Below are positions 52,101 to 64,000 of a DNA stretch of 64,000 nt, piece after piece. The DNA is taken from NCBI GenBank assembly GCA_964016885.1, contig OZ024741.1, forward strand, positions 80,042,001-80,106,000. Reading direction: 5' to 3'. Numbering within the stretch: the first letter of the stretch is position 1; every line of letters starts with the position of its first letter. A program made the translations under genes and the position numbers. This DNA comes from Eledone cirrhosa (Eukaryota). The notes under the pieces were generated by a model that was given only the letters and a program-made list of their open reading frames with translations, was not told the DNA's origin and did no database searches.

Positions 52101-52692
52101 GTGACAAGGGGGACGAGGATGGAGTCGAGAAAGGCGGAGATGAGTTCGGTGGGGCAGTTGCAAGCGGAGACGATGGGGCGGCCGGGGTTGCCGGGTTTGT
52201 GGAGTTTGGGGAGGAAGTAGATGGTGGGGGTGTGGGGGGTGCGGACGATGAGGTGGGAAGCGGTGGGGGGGGGGGGGGGCGATAAGGTCTTGGATGGTGG
52301 AGGAGACTTGTTGTTGGTAGAGGGGGTTGGGATCGGAGGGTAGAGGGCGGTAGAAGAGGGGGTTACAGAGCTGCCTGAGGGCTTCGGCCGTGTAGAGGTC
52401 CGCGCGCCACACCACCACGGCGCCTCCCTTGTCCGCCGGTTTGATGACGATGTCATCTCGGCTACGGAGGGAGCGGAGAGCGAGGAGATATTGTACCGTT
52501 TGGAACGGTGGCGGAAGTCGAAACGATTTACTGCGCTACGGCTGGCATCGACGAAGGCGTCCAGGGTGCTAAATTGCCCTGGGGCCGGCGTCCAAGAAGA
52601 TGGTCGTCGGCCCAGGGCGAGAAACGGGTCTGGGGCGTCCGGAGCCGGTGGCGTTCGGCCGAAATGTGCCTGTAGCTTAGTGCGTCGCACGA
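49103..52692 (-). mobile_element. GC-rich Neptune-type PLE, 5'-truncated and frameshifted, in (TA)n
   Basis: YFLPKLHKPGNPGRPIVS, FTLDIKSPYT, GVVMGTRMGPNYAN, YGRYIDD and KPTDSHSYLDFTSSHP...IPYSQLLR. GIY-YIG C-half VGQTGRRLADRFTEHL (about 50850-50900). Long C/A-rich 3' UTR. Confidence 0.92.
49188..49228 (-). ncRNA. Minimal hammerhead-like motif in the Neptune pLTR
   Basis: CAC-UUGAGGA-A-GGGC-uuau-GCCC-GAAAC-GUC-GUU. C3U variant; stem I is not formed. Confidence 0.6.
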
Positions 52693-53284
52693 ATATATAT
52701 ATATATATCATGCATCCTTTTTTTTTTTTTTTTCCTTTGTGTTTTTCTTTGAGGAAAGACAAACTATTCAAAACAAAAGAATATTCCTTATTTTCGCCAT
52801 TCCAGGGTTAAATTAATATCAACCTTGTATTTCCATCCTTTGTTTGTTTGTTAGTTTGTTTTGTTCTTTCTTTCTGATACACTTGTTTGGTTTATTCAAA
52901 TTTGTCATTAGCATACAAAAATGATTTATATACAATTCGTCTTTTGACTGACTTGTCAATTGTCTCGGCATTGAAAGCTTCCACGAATGTAAATAGTTAT
53001 TTACAAAACAGCTATTCTGATGTCTGCGGGAAGTGGAATTCTCATTTATATTTGTAATCAGATAGAAAATGATTCGGCCGTTGTTCTGTTAGTTGTTTGG
53101 CTTTGACAATTTTCACAAGTGTTATGGCTGCTTAACTTTGAATATTTATTTTGAATGCTGTCATGGTACAATGAGACTCAAATCTTTTAAATATGTTAAG
53201 GAAGTTTCTAGATCTCACTGATTTATGGAAATCTCTATACTGGAAGATCAATAATTGATCTCGTTATTGTCTCTAGTCTCTTCG

Positions 53285-54655
53285 ATTCTGTACTGGATGT
53301 TCGTGTTAAGAGAGGGGCTGAGCTGTCAACTGATCACCATCTGAAACAGCCTAAAGTCACAGAGGCCCACAAAACTGGCAGGTCCAGGTCGACGTACAGG
53401 ATAAAATGGGAAGTGTAGGGGATAAGGAAGTCAGGACCAGATATATACTATTGCATCCAAATTCAAAGAACTCCCAGAGCAAACTAAGGATGTTGAAACA
53501 GAGTGGAGATTGTTCAGCCGCAGCAGTTTCTGCTTCAGTTGTTAAATGCTGCAGGTGAAAACGGCTTGGTTTGACACCGGATGGCAAGAAGACTCAAGAG
53601 ATCTAAGATGCCATCCGAGCAAAGACGGGGGCCTACAAAGCTTGCCTTGGAAACAAGTCCTCTTTCTTCAACTTGCAGTACCAGCAGGCACGAGGAATCG
53701 CAGCAGATGTAGTAAAGGTGTACAAAGTTAAGACATGGGAGGACTTTGGAGTTAAGTTGGAATCCAACATCAGATCAGCAAATAAAGTGTTCTGGCAGAC
53801 CAGCCGTCGACTCCGTAATAAGAAGTCCTCCTCCACACCGTGGAGTACTGCCAAGAGATCTATTCTTGCATTGTATACCTCAAAAAAGCATATGACTATG
53901 TTTCATAGGACCTGCTGTGGAAGGTTCTGCAGGAGTATGGGATTAATTGTCAGCTTTTTGTTGCCCTGACGTCTTTATACGAATGCCCGAGTAGTTGTGT
54001 TCGGATAAATGGTGCTAAATCGAAATTATTCAATGTGGGAACCTGACTCTGCCAAGGGTGCGTACTGTCACCTCTCCTGTTCATTATTTTTCATGAACAG
54101 GATTGATGTGTGCAGCTTGGCTGGAAGCGGTATAACGACTGGTAAGTGTAGAATCAGTTAGCTGGAATTTACAGGCGACATGGTGTTAGTTAACTTGTCA
54201 GAAGGTGATCTCCGACTAGCATTTGACAGATTTAATGCCGAGTGCTACATGGCTGGAATGGAGTTCCACTGAAGCAGGTTAAGAAGTTCAATCATCTTGG
54301 AACCATGTTCATGAGTGATGGATGGCAGGAGGCTTCATTAAGTAATGCACCATCTCTAGCATTCGTTAACCAGAAGGGAGGTAGGGGTAAAAGCCAAACT
54401 CGTTATCTTCAATTCGGTATCCGTAGGTCAATTCGGTATCCATAGGTCATGAATATTGGGTCATAACCGGAAGAATACGATCGCGGATATAAGTGGCCGA
54501 AATGGATTTCCCCTAAAGGGTCTTTGGAGTAACATTACTTGAATATCAGAGAGCTGCTCCAAGTAAAGCTATCACTTCTCCGAATTGAGATATTACAGCT
54601 TCAGTACTATGGACATGTGGTTCGAATCGCTGGACAGATTTTTCAGACAAACCCA
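53285..54655 (+). pseudogene. Internally deleted RTE-like LINE relic (APE end + RT)
   Basis: VRVKRGAELSTDHHL, QGCVLSPLLF and NGVPLKQVKKFNHLG. Confidence 0.85.
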
Positions 54656-55105
54656 GACCCAGGGGTATTTTGTATAAATCACACACCCATATATACAAAT
54701 ATACATTTAAACATGCACATGCACACACACACACACATAGACTTCACCATATATATAGAGAGAGATATATAGATATATACACACACACACGCACACACGC
54801 ACACACACACACACACACACACCTTATATATAAGTAAATTATTGCGCTTACTATTCTTTTCCTCATGCCTTGTTTTATGTCTATGCAAGATATCAAATAT
54901 GTTGTATCGATATTTTTTTCGTGGTGGGATAGCAACAATTTTTAATAGAGCGATTATTGAGCAGCAGCGGTCTGTATAATTGTGTATTGATCTAAATTAT
55001 ATATATATCCATATCCGTGCCGTATGTGGCTGACGGCTGGGAGAAAAGAGTACTCAATACTGAAGTAGAGTTTTAATATTCATTTTATTAAGGCTGAATA
55101 GTGAA

Positions 55106-55155
55106 TCTTGTTACTCTGTAGTTTCGCTTCTTTATCACATGTTCATCAGACAAGA
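55106..55155 (-). ncRNA. Type I hammerhead motif in an ORF-less pLTR-like insert
   Basis: UCUUGU-CUGAUGA-(decayed stem II)-GAAAC-uacaga-GUA-ACAAGA: perfect core and 6-bp stem I. Confidence 0.7.
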
Positions 55156-55425
55156 ACTAACATTTCACTGGCAGATACAGTATATATAAGGAAGACTTAT
55201 ACTGCCTGCCATTGAAACGTCCGTTTTTGTCTAATGAGCCTGTGTGATATATATATATATATATACACATATATATATATAATATATATATATATATACT
55301 ATATATATATATATATGTATGTATATATATATATATAATTATATATATATATATAGTGGTAGAACACTGGAAGGTAATATCCGTAGTGGTAGAGCACTCA
55401 GTCCATGGGACGAATTAGGTAAAAA

Positions 55426-55547
55426 TGGTTACACAACAGTTAGTTCACCATACCGAGAACAATGTTTCACCTTAGCGGATCCGAGCTGAGAATCCGCTAA
55501 GGTGAAACAGTTGTTCTCGGTATGGTGAACTAACTGTTGTGTAACCA
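55426..55547. repeat. Near-perfect 122-bp palindrome containing a hammerhead 3' half
   Basis: About 55-bp arms around CCGAGCTGAGA. The right arm reads UCCGCUAAGGU-GAAAC-aguu-GUU-CUCGG. Confidence 0.9.
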
Positions 55548-55548
55548 C

Positions 55549-55600
<52 letters not shown>

Positions 55601-56222
55601 GATTCTCGATAATTTATTTGTATTTATCTTCAGTCTTTAGCTATTGACCAGTTAATTTTATTGATTTTTTAGTTGATCTTATTGACTGGTGAATAGCTCT
55701 TGTTAATTTTAACCCGTCTGTTGAGAACTCTAATTCGATATGTGATATTTTGTATTTTTACAAACCTTACACTACTGAATTCATTCGCCTAATATAGGGG
55801 TTCCCTCCCTTGCTGGACCCCACGTGCGTTTAGTAACGGGTGCCTCTGTATTTTTGAACGAAATGCCTGCTGAGAAAGTGGTTTGCTCGTTCGTCTTTTT
55901 GCCAGAAGTCAGATATATTTTTTATGTAGGCTGACGGTAATTGATTAAGGAACCGCAGAAACCCAAAAAGCTAGAATTTAACATCCTTCTAGCGGGTCCG
56001 GGTAAGATTTTTCATTCATTTAATTTATTAATTAATTATTTGTGTAACCCGAATTTTCCTGGTCGTTTTTTCGGCTGTGCGAATGATTTTAAGCATTGTC
56101 TCTATGTGTTGGTATTTAAATGATAGTTATAGCTCTGGTTTATCCAAACTATTGAGCCCTTTGCCATGCATTTGGAAGATTGTGTTTCGTTATTTCGTGG
56201 GCCGAGATTCCGATTCTCGATA

Positions 56223-57616
<1,394 letters not shown>

Positions 57617-57703
57617 AAATGTGTGAAATCCTTGGTACATTTAGGTATATTTAAAAAAAGGGAAACGAATGACTTCACTTATAGTTCTAAACAATTTGAT
57701 TAA

Positions 57704-57741
<38 letters not shown>

Positions 57742-57743
<2 letters not shown>

Positions 57744-57935
57744 CAAAGGAATTGTGGTAAGGAACCAGATGGACCATAACGCACTCAATACTTAGGGTAG
57801 TAGAGTGGGAAATAGGAAAAAGTATGACACCGAGGACAGAGCTCAAGCCGTTTCGACGGCTATTTCTGGACTATTTCCAAAAATAGCCGTCGAAACGGCT
57901 TGAGCTCTGCCGTCGGGGGTCATACTTTTTCCTAT
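57742..57935. repeat. pLTR fragment of the 22778 family folded back on itself
   Basis: Arms at 57812-57870 and 57876-57935. Confidence 0.88.
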
Positions 57936-58125
57936 ATATATATATATATATATATAGGAAATTATATATATATATATATAAAGTAAATGAGTGAAGAATA
58001 ACTTGGATTACCTTAAACGATATGTCACTAATTTATATATATATAAGTTTATCCCGGGTTCAATCGGGGGTAACCACAGTAAGTAAGGTACTCAATACAA
58101 AGCAGAGTATAAATATTTAATATAA

Positions 58126-58191
58126 AAAAGCTTCTACAGGACTAGAACGGTTTCATTCGGGAGAAATCATCAGGGCTTCCTGTAGAAGCTT

Positions 58192-58193
<2 letters not shown>
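58126..58193 (-). ncRNA. Minimal hammerhead core enclosed by a 16-bp inverted duplication
   Basis: CUGAUGA-U-UUC-uccc-GAA-U-GAAAC-C-GUU. Flanks AAAAGCTTCTACAGGA / TCCTGTAGAAGCTTTT. Confidence 0.6.
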
Positions 58194-58264
<71 letters not shown>

Positions 58265-58270
<6 letters not shown>

Positions 58271-58797
58271 TTGGAGCTCTGAAATAGCCATATATATATG
58301 AATGTGTATATATAGTGTATTTTGCAATACACTTTATGCTTAATTAAAAGCATTTTGAAGACCGTATGCTATTGTTTTAGAGTAGTGACAGACTCACTTA
58401 CTTTAATCTCAACAAAATGTCTTCAAAATGCTTTTAATTAAGCATAACGTGTATTGCTAAATACACTATATATACATTCATATATATATGGCTATTTCAG
58501 AGCTCCAATTCTAATTTTTAATTTCTGCCTGACCGGCAACTGCTCTGTATAATCAGTTCCTGATTATTTACTAGAATTCTATAAGAATATAACATCAGTG
58601 ATCTCAGTAGACGGGAGGAAGTAGTTAGCCTTGATAAGCATCAAAAAATGCAGAAACAAGGCCTTGTCGGCTTTATCTCCCCCTGTTTGCTGAGATTAAA
58701 GTAAGTGAGTCTGTCACTACTCTAAAACAATAGCATACGGTCTTCAAAATGCTTTTAATTAAGCATAAAGTGTATTGCAAAATACACTATATATACA

Positions 58798-58808
<11 letters not shown>
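58265..58808 (+). mobile_element. Retrozyme-like element: 321-bp monomer with one hammerhead, partial tandem repeat and 5' inversion
   Basis: A ~70-bp direct repeat starts at 58419 and 58740. 58265-58411 is the reverse complement of a segment spanning the monomer junction. HHR at 58627-58672. Confidence 0.85.
58627..58672 (+). ncRNA. Type I hammerhead motif with palindromic stem III
   Basis: AGCC-UUGAUAA-GCAU-caaaaa-AUGC-A-GAAAC-AAGGCCUU-GUC-GGCU. All three stems are present; two core deviations (C3U, G8A). Confidence 0.75.
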
Positions 58809-58851
<43 letters not shown>

Positions 58852-58905
58852 AAAAAGTATGACCCCGACGGCAGAGCTCAAGCCGTTTCGACGGCTATTT
58901 CTGGA

Positions 58906-58945
<40 letters not shown>

Positions 58946-59265
58946 ATAAAATAAAATATATATATATATATATATTGTGTATGTATATATATACAAGTGT
59001 AAGAATGACAAGAGTGTATAAGTGCACAGGTGTTTATGCCACTAAAGATAAAAACATAAAAGCATAAAAATATTTACTTTGGTAAACAACTTTGACCAGA
59101 AGAACCAAAGCCACTGATGCAAGGCGACAATCCTAAACATTTTCTTAGAAAACTACAAACAAAAGATTTGTTTTAAAAAGCCCCAACTCCTACAGTGCCT
59201 TCTCCCACACACCCGCTTCCCCTTTTTATTCATCTCCTCCCTTCTCCATTATTATCTACTTTTTA

Positions 59266-59450
59266 GGGCGGTGGATTGGCAGTATTGGTAGAGAGTCGGA
59301 CACCATGCTTTCAGCATAGAGTTACGTCCCTTTACGGACTGACTTAAAATCCCACCGAAGTTAACTTTGTCTTGCGGGGTCGATAAAATAAAGTACCAGT
59401 AATGTACTGGGTAATTTGCTGACCTTGTGCCAAAAGTAGAAACAATTATT
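59266..59450 (+). mobile_element. SINE
   Basis: Consensus match with a small deletion. Confidence 0.85.
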
Positions 59451-60194
59451 ATCTTCAACACCACTTTCTTATCTCCCTCCACCCCCTCCTATCACCTCCC
59501 TTCGTGTTCCAGCTGACAGGATGGGGCCATGCTGGGGCTCCGTCTTTGCATCCTCTCTCGACATCCATCCCAAAGAAATTATAAATAACTAATTTATCTG
59601 ACTTTCCTGGTGGTTTCATACGAATGAAACAGTTGTACTCCTGTAGTCTATATAAAATAAAGATGCTTATTTTGAGTACGTCTTTTTAGGTGTGGTCACT
59701 TCTCTATACCCATCGGGAATCCACACATAATTATGTGTGTGTGTGTGTGTGTGTGTGTGCGCGTGTGCGTGTGCGTGTGTGCGCGCGCGCGTGTCTGTGT
59801 GTGTGCGTGTGCGTGTGCGCGCGTGTGTGTGTGCGTGTGTTCGTAGTGGTGAGTCCTTTGAAGGCGATGCTTCAGCTTAGCCACAGATTTTAATGACTGA
59901 AATCAGTAAAAGAATATAGACATAATAGAAATAGACTTATAATACAATCACGCACATGCATACACTCACACTTACAGATACAATTAGTTTTACGTCTGCT
60001 TCGTATATATATATATATATATATGAGTGTGTGCGTATGTAAATGTGTGCATGTGCACGCCTAGTGAGTGTGTGAATATATCAATGTATTTAAGTATGTT
60101 TGTATGATTAGAGGTAGGCATGGTTGAATGGCTTAAGAAACTCACTTTATAATCATGAGGCTCAATGTTTGATCCCGCTGGGTACTACCTAGGG

Positions 60195-60381
60195 CAGGCA
60201 TGTCAAATTGAGGGTCCACCGAGGGCTACATGGGTCACATATGCGTTGTCTGAGGACCACACACGACAACTAATTGAGCACATTACAACTAATTTTACGA
60301 ACATAAAACATGCTCACGCTGTAAAAACCTTTGTGCAGACCGCTGGTGAGCTTGCAAAGGGCCGCATGTTTCACATGCCTG
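60195..60381. mobile_element. 187-bp hAT MITE with a perfect 8-bp TSD
   Basis: TIRs CAGGCATGTCAAA / TTTCACATGCCTG. TSD ACCTAGGG at 60187-60194 and 60382-60389. Confidence 0.9.
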
Positions 60382-61509
60382 ACCTAGGGAATATGTCATC
60401 TACCAAAATTTTGTGATCAAAATAAATAAACGGTGTCCATTGTGCTTTTAATTCAAAGAACTAGCTTGCTTTGTCGCACGCCGTGATACGTCGGTTGAAT
60501 CAGGGTTATTTGAAAAGTACTCGTGTCTGTAGAATGTAGAATACTCAGCCACTTCCACGTCGATAAAATGATAAGGTAATTCAATTACTTGAACAAGTGG
60601 TTTACTCATCATCGAAATTTACGATGGATCTATTTAAATCATTTTGTATGTATGTATGGATGAATGTATGGATGGATGGATGGATGGATGGATGTCAGGT
60701 CGTTCTTTAACCCTAATGGTAACATGTAACCTAGTACAACTGTGCATGGTCGGTTCACCAGCGACTAAACCGGCAACACTACCAACATTGCTTGGCGGGG
60801 AGGGTAATTTTGGACACCCTGTAGAATGAAAAACAAAACCCGTCAAAAGGCGGGGGAACTCAGGAGAGCCAAGAGCCATCCAATAAAGATTTTGTGTGTG
60901 TGTGTGTGTGTGTGGAACGAGAGACTCCTAATCTTCATTAAGGTATCTCTCTAGGAGAAAGTCAATCTGATACAAAACCTGCGACTTCGTTAGCATCCAA
61001 TGATTTAGACCAGTTGTTCTTTTGGGTTAAATGCATTCGATGTTTCAGAGACTGGGTTTGGTCCCGTGCAAAGCCTTTCCTCATTTAAAAGGCTTTAAGC
61101 ACAGGCATCGCTTGATATGTGACATTTTTTTTTTCTTTGCGGTGCATGACATGGCTGAACATAGGCAAGACCTTAGCAGGACTAAAAAGCCACGTCCGGG
61201 ATGTTCCTGCTTTAGTATCAAGCGATGGCATTACTCGAAATCGAATTTCAGCCAATATGTATGTATGTTCTTCTGGCTTTATAATTATATAAATGTTTAC
61301 CACTAGAGAGAGCGTAGGCTTCTAACATAGATACAAGACTCTCTCATTGGAATTTACAAAACATCAACTAAGTAGATGTGTATGCATGTCTGCATGCATG
61401 TTTGTGTAGGTATGGATGTTATTGTATGTGTGGATGTGGATGCTGTGAGTTATATGTGTGCATGTGTGGATATGCTTTGTATCTGTACATGAGTACATGG
61501 TGTTATTAG

Positions 61510-62336
61510 ATGCAGAATTTTTGGAATGTTTAACATACTTTTACTGCTCCATTAGTGGATTGTACTTTTAATTTCCTAACTAGTCGTGTTCTTTCTGTTT
61601 CTATGAAGCTCAGCTTCTCAAGATTGGTACTGAGGCAGTTACTAACATATCCCAGTGCCCCAATAATCACAGGTATAAATCTGAAGGTATAGTCAGGATG
61701 GAGTATCTGCAGATTTCTCATTAGTTCTGCATAAATATTCTCCTTTTGGCTAATCTTTAATATTATATTGGCATCTGCTGGACAGATAACTTCCACTACT
61801 CTGCATGCCTTCTTTTCCCTATCCCATATCATAATATCTGGTCTGTTATGCCTGCATTTTATTGGGGTTTGACTGGAACATTCCACCAGTACTCTTTCAC
61901 ATTATGTATGTATATGTCCTCCACATTGCTGTAGCTTTTAATGTGTTTATTGTCGGGGCTATCTTTTCCACGGATTTCATTGTACAGTGTTTTGGCCACT
62001 ACATCATGTCTCATATGTAGATAGTACCGCGATGACATCTTTGGACAGCTGCTTATGACATGGGCGACATCGTCAATGTTAATTCTGCAGAGTCTGCATT
62101 TGTTGTCACATCTAGGTGTTTTGCCTGCATCCCTATCTCTTTTGTGAATCAAGTATTTCGTGTTGATTTCCTGTTCTTGGATTGCAAAAGCGTATCCTTC
62201 AAAGTGGGAGCCAATATAGCGGTTGTTGGTCCAAGATAAACTACTTTGTTTATCTATATTACTCTCACTCTGGAGCTTCCTGGCAACATATCCATGCATG
62301 ATTTTTGCTGATAAGCATGCTGCATAAGTTTTTGCT
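61510..62336 (-). mobile_element. 3' part of an R4/Dong-like LINE (CCHC knuckle + restriction-like endonuclease)
   Basis: CRLC...HVISSC, RHD and HNRPDIMIWD...VEV...K..Y. The 5' junction is in (CATA)n. Confidence 0.88.
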
Positions 62337-62345
62337 GTATGTACG

Positions 62346-62396
<51 letters not shown>

Positions 62397-62460
62397 GTAT
62401 GTATGTATGTAAGTATGTATGTATGTATGTATGTATGTATGTATGCATGTATGTATGTAT
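62337..62460. repeat. (TATG)n microsatellite
   Basis: Directly visible. Confidence 0.97.
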
Positions 62461-62931
62461 AATATTTCATAATGCTAATTTGCTATCGTTTTTATTGCAA
62501 AATATTACTTTTTAATTTTTAATATCATGGTCTGCACTGAGCATTTCATAACATTCTCTAAGCATTTAATTATCGGCCTTATTCATAACAGAAGGTTATT
62601 TATTTTGTATGCAATAGAAGTGAATATATAATATGACACGCCACGACCTTGAGGACTTATTCATAAATAAAATTTTACCAATATATAAGCCAATGAAAAT
62701 CATAAGATATTTTTAAATACTTAGATTTCTAGATTCTCTAGATCCTCAGATTGCACTGTATGTATAATTATTATCAATGTGTTATGACTAACTTAATGAG
62801 ATGATGTTTAACTAATTTTATTTATTTATTATTCATAATAATAATAATAATTGTTTCTACTTTTGGCACAAGGCCAGCAATTATTCCAGCGAATTACTGG
62901 TACTTTATTGTATCGAACCCGTAAATAATAA

Positions 62932-64000
62932 TGCTTTCTTTATTAACCACAAGGGTTTACATAAAGTAGACATTAAGGACAATACATGAAGGTACAAATG
63001 GACATTTCTGCGTGTAAAAAAACAAAAACAGAGGATGTAACAAAAAAAATAACAATGAAAAATTCCCCAATAGGGGGGAGACTTCCGAGGGAAATTTATG
63101 GAGAAAGCCCATTAAAAGGCCACAGTGACCCTGACCACTAGGGCAAGTGCCCGCTCCCAGTTTTCCACCTGTAATTTACAGACACATTCACTCGGGCCAT
63201 ACTTGCTTCTCTCACCCATCTTTCAACAAAATGCTGGGAAGAGAGCACTTCCCTCTCTACCCTGATTTTCCTTTTCAAATGGAATTTGAAAAAGTTAATC
63301 AGGGCATCACCGAAGAGGTAAGTGCTCGTCTTCAGCCCTTTCAAACGTGTCCACCATACTATCTCTTTCGCCATGGCCACCAGACAGATAAAAACTGCCT
63401 GCCCTTCCCGGCTAAAGGAAGAGGGCGGGGCAATCCTCACGATGGACTCAGCTGATAGCTGGAACCGTCCTACACGTGACAGCAGGTGTTCGACATAAAC
63501 CCACAAGTCAGCAATGCTCGGACACTGGACAAGTGCGTGCAGGACGGTTTCGTCGCCCTGCGCTTATCTCGGACAGGCCCGGCTGACGACACCTCCATGC
63601 CTGTAGAGTGTATCCCGAACTGGCAAAGCTCCTCGGTAGCACTGCCAGGTCAGGCCAGGGATTTCTGGAAGTTGTCCATAGGCCCCGGCCCGAAAGTTCT
63701 TCCGAAGAGATTGGCTAGTTGATTTTCGTCGACGCCTAGAGTTTCTCCAAGTACGTCGTCGCTCTTCCCCTCCACTAATCCTCTATAGAACGCCAAGGTG
63801 GAGTTTCCATCGATCACATTGCCCGATTGGTCGAGGGCTGTGAGCGCCTGAAGACATTCCAGTGTCCAAGCGCTCCCTCTCGGTCTTCGCTTGACCCAGG
63901 ACTGCAACTCCGTCAAGGAGACGAGCTGGGGAAAGACGCGTCTAGTAAACGGCGACCACACCTGATCACCGTCGAGGAAGAGGTGGAGATGTCGTCGCAT
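62932..64000 (-). mobile_element. 3' part of another Tx1-clade LINE (runs off the window), adjacent to a SINE tail (62850-62922)
   Basis: FPQLVSLTELQSWVK, RTFGPGPMDNFQKSLA and AMAKEIVWWTR are homologous to 31213-32193. The 3' UTR differs and the tail is (ATT)n. Confidence 0.92.

Overview
This window is AT-rich, microsatellite-dense animal DNA. The dominant ~190-bp tRNA-like SINE resembles the abundant SINE of octopod cephalopods; this is recognition from memory, not a database result. No intact host gene could be supported. The window is almost entirely nested retroelements. (1) At least five Penelope-like elements (PLEs; RT + GIY-YIG) from three lineages: Naiad-type, Neptune-type and an unassigned CxxxxCxxC type. 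Several carry the inverted tail-to-tail pseudo-LTR. (2) A tandem array of three Tx1-clade LINEs separated by (GATA)n, one of them full length. (3) R4/Dong-like and RTE-like LINE relics, about 25 SINE copies and several hAT-type MITEs. The most striking signal is about a dozen type I hammerhead-ribozyme (HHR) motifs. They occur in PLE pseudo-LTRs and also in ORF-less elements inserted in (TA)n tracts. These include a 321-bp tandem/circularly permuted retrozyme-like unit (58265-58808) and snap-back palindromes whose apex or junction falls inside the ribozyme. All ribozyme folds were assigned by eye and none has been tested.
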